From: an uncultured bacterium
GTDB taxonomy: Bacteria; CSSED10-310; CAZUFC01
DNA: 64,000 bases
Reading direction: 5' to 3'
NCBI GenBank assembly: GCA_964619725.1
Contig: CAZUFC010000016.1
Location: 33,563 to 97,562, forward strand
Position 1 is the stretch's first letter. Each line of letters starts with the position of its first letter. Of this stretch, positions 48,842 to 59,095 are shown piece after piece. The notes under the pieces are model-generated. The model saw only the letters and a list, made by a program, of their open reading frames with translations. It was not told the origin of the DNA and made no database searches. The translations under genes were made by a program, and so were the position numbers.

Positions 48842-49195
48842 ACGGCATGCGCCATTCCGTATATCCTGCAATGAAAACATCGTTAGTTTTTGTCCATAAA
48901 CGGCGAATTTTCCCCAATACTGCGTCAGGATGCGGATTTGCTCAGTCAACGTATATGCATTACCCCTGCCTCGCAAATCCTTGTCTTAATTGCTTTAAGA
49001 TAAATCAGACCGTTTATGGATCAAAAACCCAAGTGGCTGTCCAGCATTAAATTTTGAATCGAGTTTATGGACAGGCATTCATTAATCGTTTATTTTTGGC
49101 GAATAATCATTTAAGATTGACTGGTTGATGCAGAAAAACCTGCATCGAAATAAGAATCCGCTTCCCCGGAAGGGATTTAAAAATTTCAATCCAGT

Positions 49196-50269
49196 ATGGA
49201 GCCTTCGATGGATGATTACACTGAAAAAACGCGACGGTGGCTGGACAAGAGATTCAATCTTTACAGCAATGACGTTTATCTGCCCAATCAACCGATCTAT
49301 GGATTGAGTAAACTGAGGGAAAGACAGGAAGAGTATGTTCGCAGCATTCACATACTCGTCCGCGTTAACAGGTTGAATTTTAATTCATTCGTCGATGTCG
49401 GATGCGCTGAAGGTTATATGGCGGCAATAGTATGCGGGTTGTATGGTTCTCGCGTCTTCGGCGCTGAACTGTCCGGCGTCGCCTTAAAAAGAGCCCGCGA
49501 AATCTATGATCTTGATGGGTTCGCTTCTGATGTGCATTCGCTCCCTTTTAAAGATGATGCTTTCGACCTGGTTCTCTGCAGCGAAGTGCTAGAGCATCTC
49601 CCCGATCCGGAAAAAGCTGTTTCCGAATTGCTCCGTATTGCAAAAGATGCCCTTCTAATTACTACGCCAAAGGCCAGGTCCAAACAGGAACAAAAAAGGC
49701 ACTTCGAAAACCTGGACCCTCAGGAACCGCATGCTCACATTAATTACTTTACTCAAGATGAGATGAAAAGACTCCTGCCCGGCGGAAGCTTTATCGAATC
49801 AGCGGTACACCCCTTCGCAGCAAGACTGCAGCGCCTTATCGCAGAAGACAATGAACCCGAAGGCTTTCGTCAGGATTTTTATCGCTTCATTGCTGAAAGT
49901 TCCCATTTGTCTCAGGAAAGCCTCCACGGTCTTAAAAAGACATTAATCGAATCCTATGAATCTCCATATCCCTGGGCTCGCTTCTTCGGCGCCCGAACCG
50001 TAGGTCTCCTGCTTAAATTAGACCTCCTGCTCAGTAAAATTCAACCCTCCCTATGCCGCAACTTTATCGCTTCTGTCGTCAAAGATAACTCAATTATCGG
50101 CAAACCAAAATATTCCACAGCCTATTTAACGGATTATCTGCTGAAATCTCACTCTGTTCCCTTCCTCTGCAGAAAAAACGAAGAAGGCGAGGAAGATGAC
50201 GTTGCGTCTACGACAGCCAGCAGAACAGGCAGCTTGACGATTCCTCTGGAAGAAGGAAAGAAAAACTGA
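49196..50269 (+). CDS. Class I SAM-dependent methyltransferase (Methyltransf_11-like)
   Basis: VDVGCAEG, LPFKDDAFDLVLCSEVLEHL.DP, ITTP. Confidence 0.88.
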   Translation: MEPSMDDYTEKTRRWLDKRFNLYSNDVYLPNQPIYGLSKLRERQEEYVRSIHILVRVNRLNFNSFVDVGCAEGYMAAIVCGLYGSRVFGAELSGVALKRAREIYDLDGFASDVHSLPFKDDAFDLVLCSEVLEHLPDPEKAVSELLRIAKDALLITTPKARSKQEQKRHFENLDPQEPHAHINYFTQDEMKRLLPGGSFIESAVHPFAARLQRLIAEDNEPEGFRQDFYRFIAESSHLSQESLHGLKKTLIESYESPYPWARFFGARTVGLLLKLDLLLSKIQPSLCRNFIASVVKDNSIIGKPKYSTAYLTDYLLKSHSVPFLCRKNEEGEEDDVASTTASRTGSLTIPLEEGKKN

Positions 50270-50295
50270 ACTAAATAGATATTCAGATCGATTCA

Positions 50296-51090
50296 ATGAG
50301 TTTCGTCGAATTTTCATTTTTGAAACCTGTTTTATTATTTTTGATCGGCATATTCGCCGGCATTTGTAATGTTATGGCCGGCGGCGGATCACTCGTGTCA
50401 ATGCCGTTTTTGATATTCCTTGGACTGGATGCCGCAGTCGCCAACGGCACCAACAGGCTGGCCGTAGCCGTTCAGAATTTGTTTGCAGTCGCCGGATTTC
50501 GTAAAAAAGGATATCATGATTGGAAATTGAGTATCCTCCAGGCCCTGCCTGCTCTGCCGGGAGCTGCGCTGGGCGTCTATGCGGCAGTCAGCATAAACGA
50601 GGAATGGTTTAAAAAGATACTGTCGATCGTCATGCTGCTGGTTTTGGTTCTGATACTCACCAAACGCTCACGAAGTAACGACGAGAATGAGCAAAGTCAT
50701 GCCCTTACAAGTTCCAGAAAGGTCATGATCCTGCTCGCTTTTACGGGAATAGGTTTCTATTCGGGATTTATTCAGGCGGGCGTCGGTTTTATTTTCATGG
50801 CATCCATGTTGTGGCTGACGGGTATGAACCTTGTCAGAATAAATGCTCACAAAGTTTTCGTCATAGGGATATTAACCTGGACCGCCGTCCTTTTATTCAT
50901 CTTTCACGGAAAAGTCGCCTGGATGCATGCCCTGTTCCTCGCATCAGGAACCGCTCTGGGCGGATGGCTCGGAAGTCAGGCGGCAGTCAAAGGAGGCGAA
51001 AAATGGATCAGGAGAATCCTGATCGTGGCGGTTATATCTATGTCCTTGAAATTGAGTGGTCTATTCAACATCCTTCAGGATTTTTTTTGA
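50296..51090 (+). CDS. Sulfite exporter TauE/SafE family membrane protein
   Basis: AGGGSL..MP.LIF.GL...VANGTN, GFY.GFIQAGVG, NA.K. Confidence 0.9.
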   Translation: MSFVEFSFLKPVLLFLIGIFAGICNVMAGGGSLVSMPFLIFLGLDAAVANGTNRLAVAVQNLFAVAGFRKKGYHDWKLSILQALPALPGAALGVYAAVSINEEWFKKILSIVMLLVLVLILTKRSRSNDENEQSHALTSSRKVMILLAFTGIGFYSGFIQAGVGFIFMASMLWLTGMNLVRINAHKVFVIGILTWTAVLLFIFHGKVAWMHALFLASGTALGGWLGSQAAVKGGEKWIRRILIVAVISMSLKLSGLFNILQDFF

Positions 51091-51194
51091 GGTTGATCCA
51101 AGGCTGCTTTTCCCGGGAGCAGCGACCTGTTTTTACATCTTCCGAGATATGTCCTGTGGTTACGTATGCCTTCCCGTCTCGACTGTCGGACTTA

Positions 51195-51473
51195 CAATAG
51201 CCAATGGTCAACGAGCTTCAGGCGGACGTCGTTGGCCATTGACGATTGAACATGGACGATTGACTATTTTGTATACACGAATGCGTTCGAACATACCAGG
51301 CGAGTATAATTGCCAATGGCCAATGGTCAATAGTCAATAGTCAATCAGCTTCGGACGGACATCGTTGGCCATTGATGATTGAACATTGACGATTGGCTAT
51401 TCTGAATACCCGAATGCGGTCGATCTGACCAGGCGAGTATAATTGCCAATGGCCAATGGTCAATAGCCAATGA
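51195..51473. repeat. 133-bp tandem repeat (2 copies plus a partial third) made of alternating inverted heptamer tracts
   Basis: Units start at 51195, 51328 and 51461; shared ACCAGGCGAGTATAATTGCCAATGGCCAATGGTCAATAG and TCGTTGGCCATTGA. Confidence 0.9.
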
Positions 51474-51496
51474 CTATAACCCATCAATCTGTACTT

Positions 51497-51952
51497 CTAC
51501 GAAACCCTGGAAGCCTCCCATGTTCCCTGGAATCCAATTCCGCTGCACTCAGTCAGCGACCAGGTACCCGTAAAAGTCTCATAATCGTCATTGGATACGC
51601 CGTCCGCTTCTCCCGTAATGTCGCAGTCTATGTCATCGTATCCTCCTGTCATCGTTACATGTATTCTCCCGTTATCCACTGTTCCTTCAATCGTCAGGTG
51701 CCACCACCAGCTGTTTTCATCCTGACCTACCCAGGAACCGCTTATGGCGCCCTCGCTCGTTATGTCGAAAGCGATATCTCCCCAGATAGGCAAAACGTTA
51801 AACCAGTAAGTTCCCGTATACGATGCAGGAAAATAGGGACTGTGATCCGGTCCGCTCGACGAAGAATCCGAATCGCTGCTGCATCCCATAAATGCCGCCG
51901 TCAATGCGATGAGACTTAAAAATAAAGCAATACGAGTTAATCGGGTAAACAT
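51497..51952 (-). CDS. Hypothetical lipoprotein
   Basis: Lipobox FMGC, Ser-rich tether, GTW-rich beta-strand domain. Confidence 0.7.
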   Translation of the reverse strand: MFTRLTRIALFLSLIALTAAFMGCSSDSDSSSSGPDHSPYFPASYTGTYWFNVLPIWGDIAFDITSEGAISGSWVGQDENSWWWHLTIEGTVDNGRIHVTMTGGYDDIDCDITGEADGVSNDDYETFTGTWSLTECSGIGFQGTWEASRVS

Positions 51953-52264
51953 CTTTTCCTCCCAATAAACCCCACTCCAACATTCTGGCTTATTATCGCA
52001 CAGAAATCAAGATCAAACGCAAAAATTTGAACGGCCCTTCTTCCGATTGCATGCATAATAATGTTCTCTAAGGGGAGAAAAACAAGGCTGCATGTCGTCG
52101 CAGGACTTACCGGCGCCTTCAAGTTGACTTTGCCTTCAAATAAGTTATACATAAGAACAGAAGGATGTCTGAAACAATCATCCCTCTTCTCTTGTCTGAT
52201 TTAGCGCAGTATCTGAAAACGGTTTCAATCAAAGGGAATTTCCTTTTATACAAAGGAGGCGGAA

Positions 52265-54763
52265 GTGTCGTTTCGTTACTTACAATCATGTCTTTTCATT
52301 CTCATTCTGCCGGCTGTTCTTTTGACGGCGGCATGCGGTCAATCGCCTGCCTTGCAGGAATCCGATCCGGCAGACGGAGAAACCAATGTTGAATTAGATA
52401 TCGGCAAAATAAGACTGGTTTTCAATCAAAAAATGAACACGGAATCGCATACTCTATGGATGTCGGACAAAGGAGAATTTCCCCCTCAATCCGCAGACAA
52501 TGCAGCGCCCTGGAAGGATGATCGAACGTTTGAATTCAATATCGGAAGGCTGAATCCGAATACGCAGTATGCGTTCCAGCTCAATTCCGAAAGTCGTACA
52601 GGTTTCCAGACGGTGAAAGGCGATCCTTTACCGGTAACGGTTATTCGTTTTCAAAGCGGACCTGCAAAGGCTGCTTCGTCCCGTGAAATTCAATTGGGTG
52701 AGACGGTTAAAGAAGAGGCGAAACGAGAGTTACCTAAGCAGGAAAAAACGGGGCATGATTCCTTTTCATCCGGAGAGGCCGGCGGAAAAAGCTTAAATCT
52801 TCAGAGCGCTGAATTGAAATGGAACGCGAAACAGGATCAGGTCAGCAAAATGACACAGATCATCCGTATCAAATTGAACCTGACGTATCGTAATCAATGG
52901 CAGGAAACTCCTCAAATCGTGGATAATTTAACAAAAATTCAGTGCATAGACCGTTATGAACAGGTACGGGACGGCTTGCCCGTAACGATCAGGCGGCGCA
53001 TAGTATTGGCTCAGAGCATGGTGAAAGACCCCATGACGGGAGAAGTAATGCGGGAAGATATGCCGATATTGAACAATGAGGCTGAACTTCAAATGCTCCA
53101 GGACGGTTCATATCAGGTTACGAGAATGATCGAGGGTCATATGGGGAATGCGGAATACGTTGCGGAAAGCGCGTATTGGTTCAGCGTTTTGCCTGACCGG
53201 ACGGTAAGGCCGGGAGAAACCTGGGAACTGACGGGCGAAAGATTGAGGGGCCTTTTGACGGCTCTCGATTGCAGAAACGGACGATTCGAAAATCGGCTCC
53301 AGCAGATATATGAAGACCCTCAAGGCCATTTTGAAGTGGCTAAAATGGAAGGAAATTTATCTGCTGTCGTAGACCTGGGGGAAGGTATAGAAGGAAACGT
53401 ACAGGGCACGATGACGACAGAGTTTATACCCTCGGCCGGATTGCCGTTTCTGCGACATTTAAAAAGCACGGTTCAAGTTAATACGCGCCTGAACACCTAC
53501 GAAGGGCCGTTACAGGTGACGGGGACAGGAGAAATTGAAGCAGTCGAGGAAAGAGCGCTTCTGGATTCCTGGCCTGAAGCGGGACAATCTTACGGTAATA
53601 GCGACCGGCAATATGGCGGACCCCAATCAGGTTCCAATGCTTTCGGTTCTCAGCAATACGACTCGAATAGGATGGGTTTCCAGGGATCGGACTCGCAACA
53701 GTTCAACCGGTATGGGTCCGGCTCCAATAACTCGCTGAACAATAACCCGCAACAAAAGATGAGCGGCGCCGGCGGACGGAACTCCGGGGTTTACTTATCG
53801 TTATACAAAGAACAGTATCAGGGAGCGTTCTATATACTGATTCCGAAAGGTTGGCGTCCTGAAGGAGGCATGATACCCAGCGGAGTGGGTTGGAATGTTG
53901 TCGATCTGGTTGAAAATAACATTAAATTTCGCGTCGCCAGCCCGGATGGAAAATCATTTTTCGGATGGTATCCGCGTTTTTATTTCCAGGACCCCGCGCT
54001 TTTGGCCCAAAGTTCAATGGGGATACTCCAAAAACAATACGGCGAAGTGATCAACGGATGCTGGCTTTATCCTTATATGGGAATAGAAGACTACGTAAGG
54101 ACCATCGTTTTCGGACAGCTTGCCGCCAACGAATTCGTGAATCCCCGAATAATCGGACAGGCGGCCCCTGCGCCCGAACTTATGCCCTGGGTTCCAAAAA
54201 CAGCTTCCCGTTACCAGGCCGGATACGTCAATATCGAATGTTCCGTGAACGGAGTCCCTTCAGCCGGCAGAATTTACACGATTATTTATGATATTCAGAA
54301 CCTTCTCTGGACCACTGTAGGCACCTGGGGATGGATTGCTCCAAAATCACGAAGCGAACAGGATGAAAGAATCATGGAAATCTGCCTGCGCTCGTTTCAG
54401 CTCGATCCTCAATGGGTGCAAAGAGCTTCAGCGGCCGCGGCCCAGAGAGGCCGACAATACAATGACGTCATTAGACAGATGAATCAGATCGATCAGGATA
54501 TCCAGAAAAATCGTGCTCAGACCAACAGCGATATTATGCACGAAAATTATAAGGTTCTGACGGGTCAGATCGAAACGCTGGACCCGGAAACTGGCCAAAA
54601 AAAATATCTGCCGATGTATAATAACGCCTACACGGACGGGCAGGGAAATTATTTTCTTCGGGATTACGACGATGGAACCCTTCCCTTTGAAAACGCTTCA
54701 GAATGGAGAAAACTGGACATAGTCAACCGACTCGATCCCGGATATAGGGGTGAAGGTTTCTGA
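52265..54763 (+). CDS. Large modular lipoprotein (Big_5-like Ig domain, DUF6263-like region, low-complexity linker, unknown C-terminal domain)
   Basis: GGAGG SD; lipobox TAAC; S.PADG.TNV......I.LVFNQ.M; LP.R.V.PGETW; G/S/N/Q-rich linker. Confidence 0.65.
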   Translation: MSFRYLQSCLFILILPAVLLTAACGQSPALQESDPADGETNVELDIGKIRLVFNQKMNTESHTLWMSDKGEFPPQSADNAAPWKDDRTFEFNIGRLNPNTQYAFQLNSESRTGFQTVKGDPLPVTVIRFQSGPAKAASSREIQLGETVKEEAKRELPKQEKTGHDSFSSGEAGGKSLNLQSAELKWNAKQDQVSKMTQIIRIKLNLTYRNQWQETPQIVDNLTKIQCIDRYEQVRDGLPVTIRRRIVLAQSMVKDPMTGEVMREDMPILNNEAELQMLQDGSYQVTRMIEGHMGNAEYVAESAYWFSVLPDRTVRPGETWELTGERLRGLLTALDCRNGRFENRLQQIYEDPQGHFEVAKMEGNLSAVVDLGEGIEGNVQGTMTTEFIPSAGLPFLRHLKSTVQVNTRLNTYEGPLQVTGTGEIEAVEERALLDSWPEAGQSYGNSDRQYGGPQSGSNAFGSQQYDSNRMGFQGSDSQQFNRYGSGSNNSLNNNPQQKMSGAGGRNSGVYLSLYKEQYQGAFYILIPKGWRPEGGMIPSGVGWNVVDLVENNIKFRVASPDGKSFFGWYPRFYFQDPALLAQSSMGILQKQYGEVINGCWLYPYMGIEDYVRTIVFGQLAANEFVNPRIIGQAAPAPELMPWVPKTASRYQAGYVNIECSVNGVPSAGRIYTIIYDIQNLLWTTVGTWGWIAPKSRSEQDERIMEICLRSFQLDPQWVQRASAAAAQRGRQYNDVIRQMNQIDQDIQKNRAQTNSDIMHENYKVLTGQIETLDPETGQKKYLPMYNNAYTDGQGNYFLRDYDDGTLPFENASEWRKLDIVNRLDPGYRGEGF

Positions 54764-55019
54764 GAAGCAACCGGTTCGAAACAGAAGACTCATTATGACG
54801 GTTTGATGTAATACGCCGGCCGGACTTTTCAGTCAGTCCCTTCATTCATATCGAAAGTAAAAGACTGACAAGCGTTAAAACTGCTTTGCGGCTTGTTTTT
54901 TATCTCACAATTATTTACGGTTCAGTTAAATCCGGACAACATGGTTCGACGGCTCCGGAAAAACATCCGTTTTTTGCAGGAAATTCTTGCTAATAGTCGG
55001 TTTCGATTGCTATGTCGCC

Positions 55020-56474
55020 TTACTTTCGCAAGACAGCTCTTCTAAAAAACAAAGCCATAATACCGAGGGCAATTATAATGCCCGCTCCCGATAAGGCCGG
55101 TATTGACGGCAACGGCGTGCAGGTAAGGGTTAAATTATATGCCCCGTCATGATCGATAGGGCCGTCTACGACGACATAATAAACGCCCGGCCAGGGCATA
55201 TCGACGACAACCTCAGTCCCGGCGCTTATGCATTGCAATTCATTGCATTCATCCATTAAGAACATATTGAGTTCAACATCTTCACCAGTCGGAACTAAAC
55301 TCAATGATGCCTCAAGCATAACTTCCTCTATCGTGAAAGAATGAATGATCTCAGGACCGTTCTGATACCACAATCCATCATGCATATAATATTTTACCAA
55401 ACTGTCTCCGCCGCTTGTGCTTCCAGCGTAAGTTTCGCCGCATTCTACCGGTATGGAATTCGAGCAATCCAGGACAGGATCGAATTCATCGCAGTGAACG
55501 GCAATCTCGTAACTTCCCGATGTGCCGTCCCGTCCGTCAACGACGATATAATACTCACCCGCTTCCGGATTCTCAATATACGCCGTGTAATCGCCTGCAG
55601 AGCAGCAATCATATTCATTGCATGAGGATAAGATAAAAACGTCCAGATTCGCGCTCATTTCGCTCAATTCCACTACTAAAAACGATTCGGAACCGTTCAA
55701 ATCTATGGCATATACCGTTTCAGGTCCTGACTCATCCCAATCCATCCGGCATCCGTAATGTTCTATATTGTTTTCTGAAGATGCCGTACTTCCGCTTATC
55801 TGAATATTGCAATACAGGGGCAGACAATCTTCGCAATCAATGTTTCCAAGGCATGTGTTCGCTTCTCCAGGAGACTGAAAAGCCGTGCAGAAGTCCGTCA
55901 AATTGTCGTCGTTATCATCTCCATCAGGAAAACGACTTAATGAATACTCAGAATCATACGGTTCCTCCGCAGGCTCACCTTCACCTGCGAAACAAAGCCC
56001 CCCGGAAAAATCTCCATATCCGACAGCATCGATGATCGTCTCACCCATTACGAGCTGCACGCTGTCCGGTCCGTTCTGCCAGTTGATGCCGCTGTGCAAC
56101 ATGTCGTAATTCGGCACTGTCGCAGACTGGGCGATAACAAAAAAACCGTCTGACTGTATGAACTTTCCGTCTAAAGGTACAGTCATGTAAACGCTGCAAT
56201 CGCCGTGACCGCTTAATCCCAACAGAGCCATTCCATCCAGGCTTTCGCCCGGAGGACCAATCAACTCCGTATAAGTTTCCTGATCGATCCCAATACTGTC
56301 GTAATACAATTCGTTTATCCTTACATCAGAAGGCACAGGTGTAAATGTTTCCGTCGGCGTCGGTGATTGAAATGGCGTATCAGTATAAACAGGTAAAACC
56401 TCCATCCAAGCGCTCGTCTCGAAAAAAATCACCAAAATAAAAATACTTATCGTTTGAATAATGAGCCGTCTCAT
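55020..56474 (-). CDS. Secreted lamin-tail-domain protein with two pre-peptidase C-terminal (PPC)-like repeats and IPTL-CTERM-like tail
   Basis: VRINELYYD..G.D...Y.EL, QNGPD, SL.R.PD.......DF....SPG.AN; two C...(L/V).C.....GST...GPE...G.YY.VVDG repeats; IPALSGAG + TM + RR. Confidence 0.75.
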   Translation of the reverse strand: MRRLIIQTISIFILVIFFETSAWMEVLPVYTDTPFQSPTPTETFTPVPSDVRINELYYDSIGIDQETYTELIGPPGESLDGMALLGLSGHGDCSVYMTVPLDGKFIQSDGFFVIAQSATVPNYDMLHSGINWQNGPDSVQLVMGETIIDAVGYGDFSGGLCFAGEGEPAEEPYDSEYSLSRFPDGDDNDDNLTDFCTAFQSPGEANTCLGNIDCEDCLPLYCNIQISGSTASSENNIEHYGCRMDWDESGPETVYAIDLNGSESFLVVELSEMSANLDVFILSSCNEYDCCSAGDYTAYIENPEAGEYYIVVDGRDGTSGSYEIAVHCDEFDPVLDCSNSIPVECGETYAGSTSGGDSLVKYYMHDGLWYQNGPEIIHSFTIEEVMLEASLSLVPTGEDVELNMFLMDECNELQCISAGTEVVVDMPWPGVYYVVVDGPIDHDGAYNLTLTCTPLPSIPALSGAGIIIALGIMALFFRRAVLRK

Positions 56475-56722
56475 GCATCCTCCTTGGGTTATAGATCATT
56501 AGAATTCGAAATCGGATTCGGATTCTTATTATCTTATTAATGAAAAAGGCTCAATTGTCAAATATTAATTGTAAAATAACGTTAACCCCTTAAAAATCAT
56601 TAGCAGGAATCCCTAAAAATCTTCACCTCAACCCTGACAATAGCGCCGGTCCGCTCAGGCATGCCAAAGTTTAAATGCCTTTTCGGACAGGCGCTGAAAT
56701 ATAGAAATCCGACAATTATGTT

Positions 56723-57256
56723 TTATTCGTAGGGATTGCCGAACTCATCCAAATATATAACTTCCGAAAACTTTTTTCGAGACGTCGGTTGTGGAGAGAC
56801 GGCAGGGACTCCCACAGGCGTCAGGCAGACGATTTTGGCCGATTTAGGCATTTTCAAGGTTTGATTTATTTTTTCTTCGTTAAAAGCTCCGATCCAGCAA
56901 GTTCCATAACCCAACGAATGGGCTGCCAGTATAAGATTCTGCAGACCGATGGCCGGATCGACGATATGCCACCGGCTTTCAGCAGGCAATCCGACCGCAG
57001 CGACGATAACAGCCGCATCCGCCATCCATGTCTGCCCGTTGCAAGCCTCGGCCAGTTCTTTTTTTATGGATTTGTCTTTTACGACGATGTAGCGCCAGGG
57101 TTGCCTGTTGCCGCCTGACGGCGCTTGCCGCGCGCATTCAAATATCTGTTTTAAATCCTCTTCGGGAATTTCCGTCGATTGAAATCGTCTAATACTCCGA
57201 CGATTTAAAATCGTTTGAACTGTCGTTTCCGCCATTTTTTCCTCCTTTTGTTTCAT
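56723..57256 (-). CDS. Nitroreductase family protein
   Basis: RRSIRRF, APSGGNRQPW, QNL.LAA..LG.GTCWIG; start probably Met at 57235. Confidence 0.93.
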   Translation of the reverse strand: MKQKEEKMAETTVQTILNRRSIRRFQSTEIPEEDLKQIFECARQAPSGGNRQPWRYIVVKDKSIKKELAEACNGQTWMADAAVIVAAVGLPAESRWHIVDPAIGLQNLILAAHSLGYGTCWIGAFNEEKINQTLKMPKSAKIVCLTPVGVPAVSPQPTSRKKFSEVIYLDEFGNPYE

Positions 57257-57460
57257 TTTGGGAATAGAGCGAATTCAAGTTTTTTCATCCCCATATATTT
57301 CATCGAACGACAAAAACCCGCTGCCTTAAAACGAATCCACATACAGCGTCAAATTTTCTTTATTAATATCATGAAATCAATAATTTTACAATCAGCATGT
57401 TTTCAGGCGTTTTACCTCTGCAATCTGATAATTCCGATAAAAGCGATCGGCGAACATTTG

Positions 57461-58864
57461 CTATTGGAGGTATCCGAGAGCTTTCAATTTGTCTACAGAT
57501 TCTTCATCCACGGAGGTATCTGAGGGCGGATAACTTTCTGCCAGATCATCGAACTTTTTGAGCATAAGTCCAGCATCCCGTCTCATGGATTCCAGCCTAT
57601 GGGGATAAATGTCCGCCAGGTTCCTTTTTTCTCCGGGGTCTTCTGAAATTCTGTATAATTCTTCTTTCGGGACGGCCGGGCGCGGAAGCCCCAATTCGTC
57701 AAAGCTCGAATAAGGCGGAATATTAACTGGATTGAAAATATATTTCCATTCGCCCTCCTGAATCATCTGGCTTTTGTACGGAAGATCGGCCCTGGCGGCT
57801 AAGGTCCCGGAGTGCGATGAACGGCCTTCGATCAGATCAAGGCGGCTGATTCCCTGAGCGCTGGGAAAAACAGGGATATCGAGATAATCGAGCAGAGTAG
57901 GCGTTAAATCTACCAATCCTACGGGATGATCGGTCAAACCCGGTTTTATTCTTGTATTGAAATCCGTGATGATGAAGGGAACATGAAGGGTTTCCCGGTA
58001 AAGTCTTTCATGCAGTATTCTCGAATGCTCAAAGAATTCTTCACCGTGATCTGAAATAATGATCAGTACTGTGCGTTGCGTCAGATTCATTTCATTCAAC
58101 AGTTCTATCAATGCCTGTATCACCATGTCGGCGCATCGGAGAGCGCCGTCGTACAATTCAACGATACGGGTCCTGTCCTTCTGATTAAAAAAATCGAATT
58201 GTTTCCAATAAGCTTTTCTTTTTTCAGCAAAACCCAGGTCGCCGAATTTTCTTCTGAAAGCCTTCTTTTCGCCGACGGCATCGCCATCGTATTCGGAATC
58301 AAACAATCGATGAAACGGCGAATAGGTCAAATACGGATCATGCACCCAATAAGCATGAAGAAAGGCAAACCAGGGTTCGTAAGGCGCTTTTTTGATCCAG
58401 TGCCAGAAACCTTCCGGCCCGCTTTCACCGTAATAATTAAACCCTCGGCTGAAACCCAGGCTGCCGCTCACGTTTCCGCCGTCCGTAAAAGCTATGGTTT
58501 CATATCCGTTTTTCCTGAGAATTTCCGCCAGAGTCGGCAGTCGACGAGACAATTTTTTCGGTGCGCCTTTGCCGAAATTTCTGACCCGGTGAATTTCAGG
58601 ATATACCGAAGTGAAAATACTCATGTGCGAGGGAGCCGTTATCGGCGATTGAGAGGTTACGTTAGTAAAAACGAATGCGGACCGGCTTATCGCATCTATC
58701 GCAGGTGAAACGGACCTGGGATAGCCGTAAAGACCGAGATGGTCCGCCCTTAGAGTGTCAATGGAAAAAATGATGATGTTCGGAAGCCGCTCCTTTGGCA
58801 TCTGCGCATCCCGGCATCCGGACAATAATAAAAGAAATGCTGCTGTTAAGGAAAAAAACTTCAT
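57461..58864 (-). CDS. Sulfatase/alkaline-phosphatase superfamily lipoprotein
   Basis: Lipobox LSGC; PNIIIFSIDTLRADH, SPITAPSH.SIFT, VHDPY, SDHGEEF.EH, LKALGY. Confidence 0.88.
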   Translation of the reverse strand: MKFFSLTAAFLLLLSGCRDAQMPKERLPNIIIFSIDTLRADHLGLYGYPRSVSPAIDAISRSAFVFTNVTSQSPITAPSHMSIFTSVYPEIHRVRNFGKGAPKKLSRRLPTLAEILRKNGYETIAFTDGGNVSGSLGFSRGFNYYGESGPEGFWHWIKKAPYEPWFAFLHAYWVHDPYLTYSPFHRLFDSEYDGDAVGEKKAFRRKFGDLGFAEKRKAYWKQFDFFNQKDRTRIVELYDGALRCADMVIQALIELLNEMNLTQRTVLIIISDHGEEFFEHSRILHERLYRETLHVPFIITDFNTRIKPGLTDHPVGLVDLTPTLLDYLDIPVFPSAQGISRLDLIEGRSSHSGTLAARADLPYKSQMIQEGEWKYIFNPVNIPPYSSFDELGLPRPAVPKEELYRISEDPGEKRNLADIYPHRLESMRRDAGLMLKKFDDLAESYPPSDTSVDEESVDKLKALGYLQ

Positions 58865-59095
58865 AACGGCGTGAGTGTAGCAAAAACGGCGATCTCCTGT
58901 CTATAAACTTCAAAACACCAGGCAACACCGCAGGAACCTGACTCCTGGATAATCTTCCCTGACCAGCCCTTGACTTCACTCCATGAAATCAATAGTAATG
59001 ATAATGTGCTGTATCCCCTTTTAGCGCTTCACACAACGCTCTTTAAATTGCAATGATTTAAGTTTTTTTTTGTTAACTTCTGAAAGGAGAGGCCG

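Noticed and set aside
42902-51473. Heptamer arrays as CRISPR arrays
   Set aside because: Only two units each, the sequences between arms are repeated rather than unique spacers, periods are 133-141 bp, and no cas genes are present.
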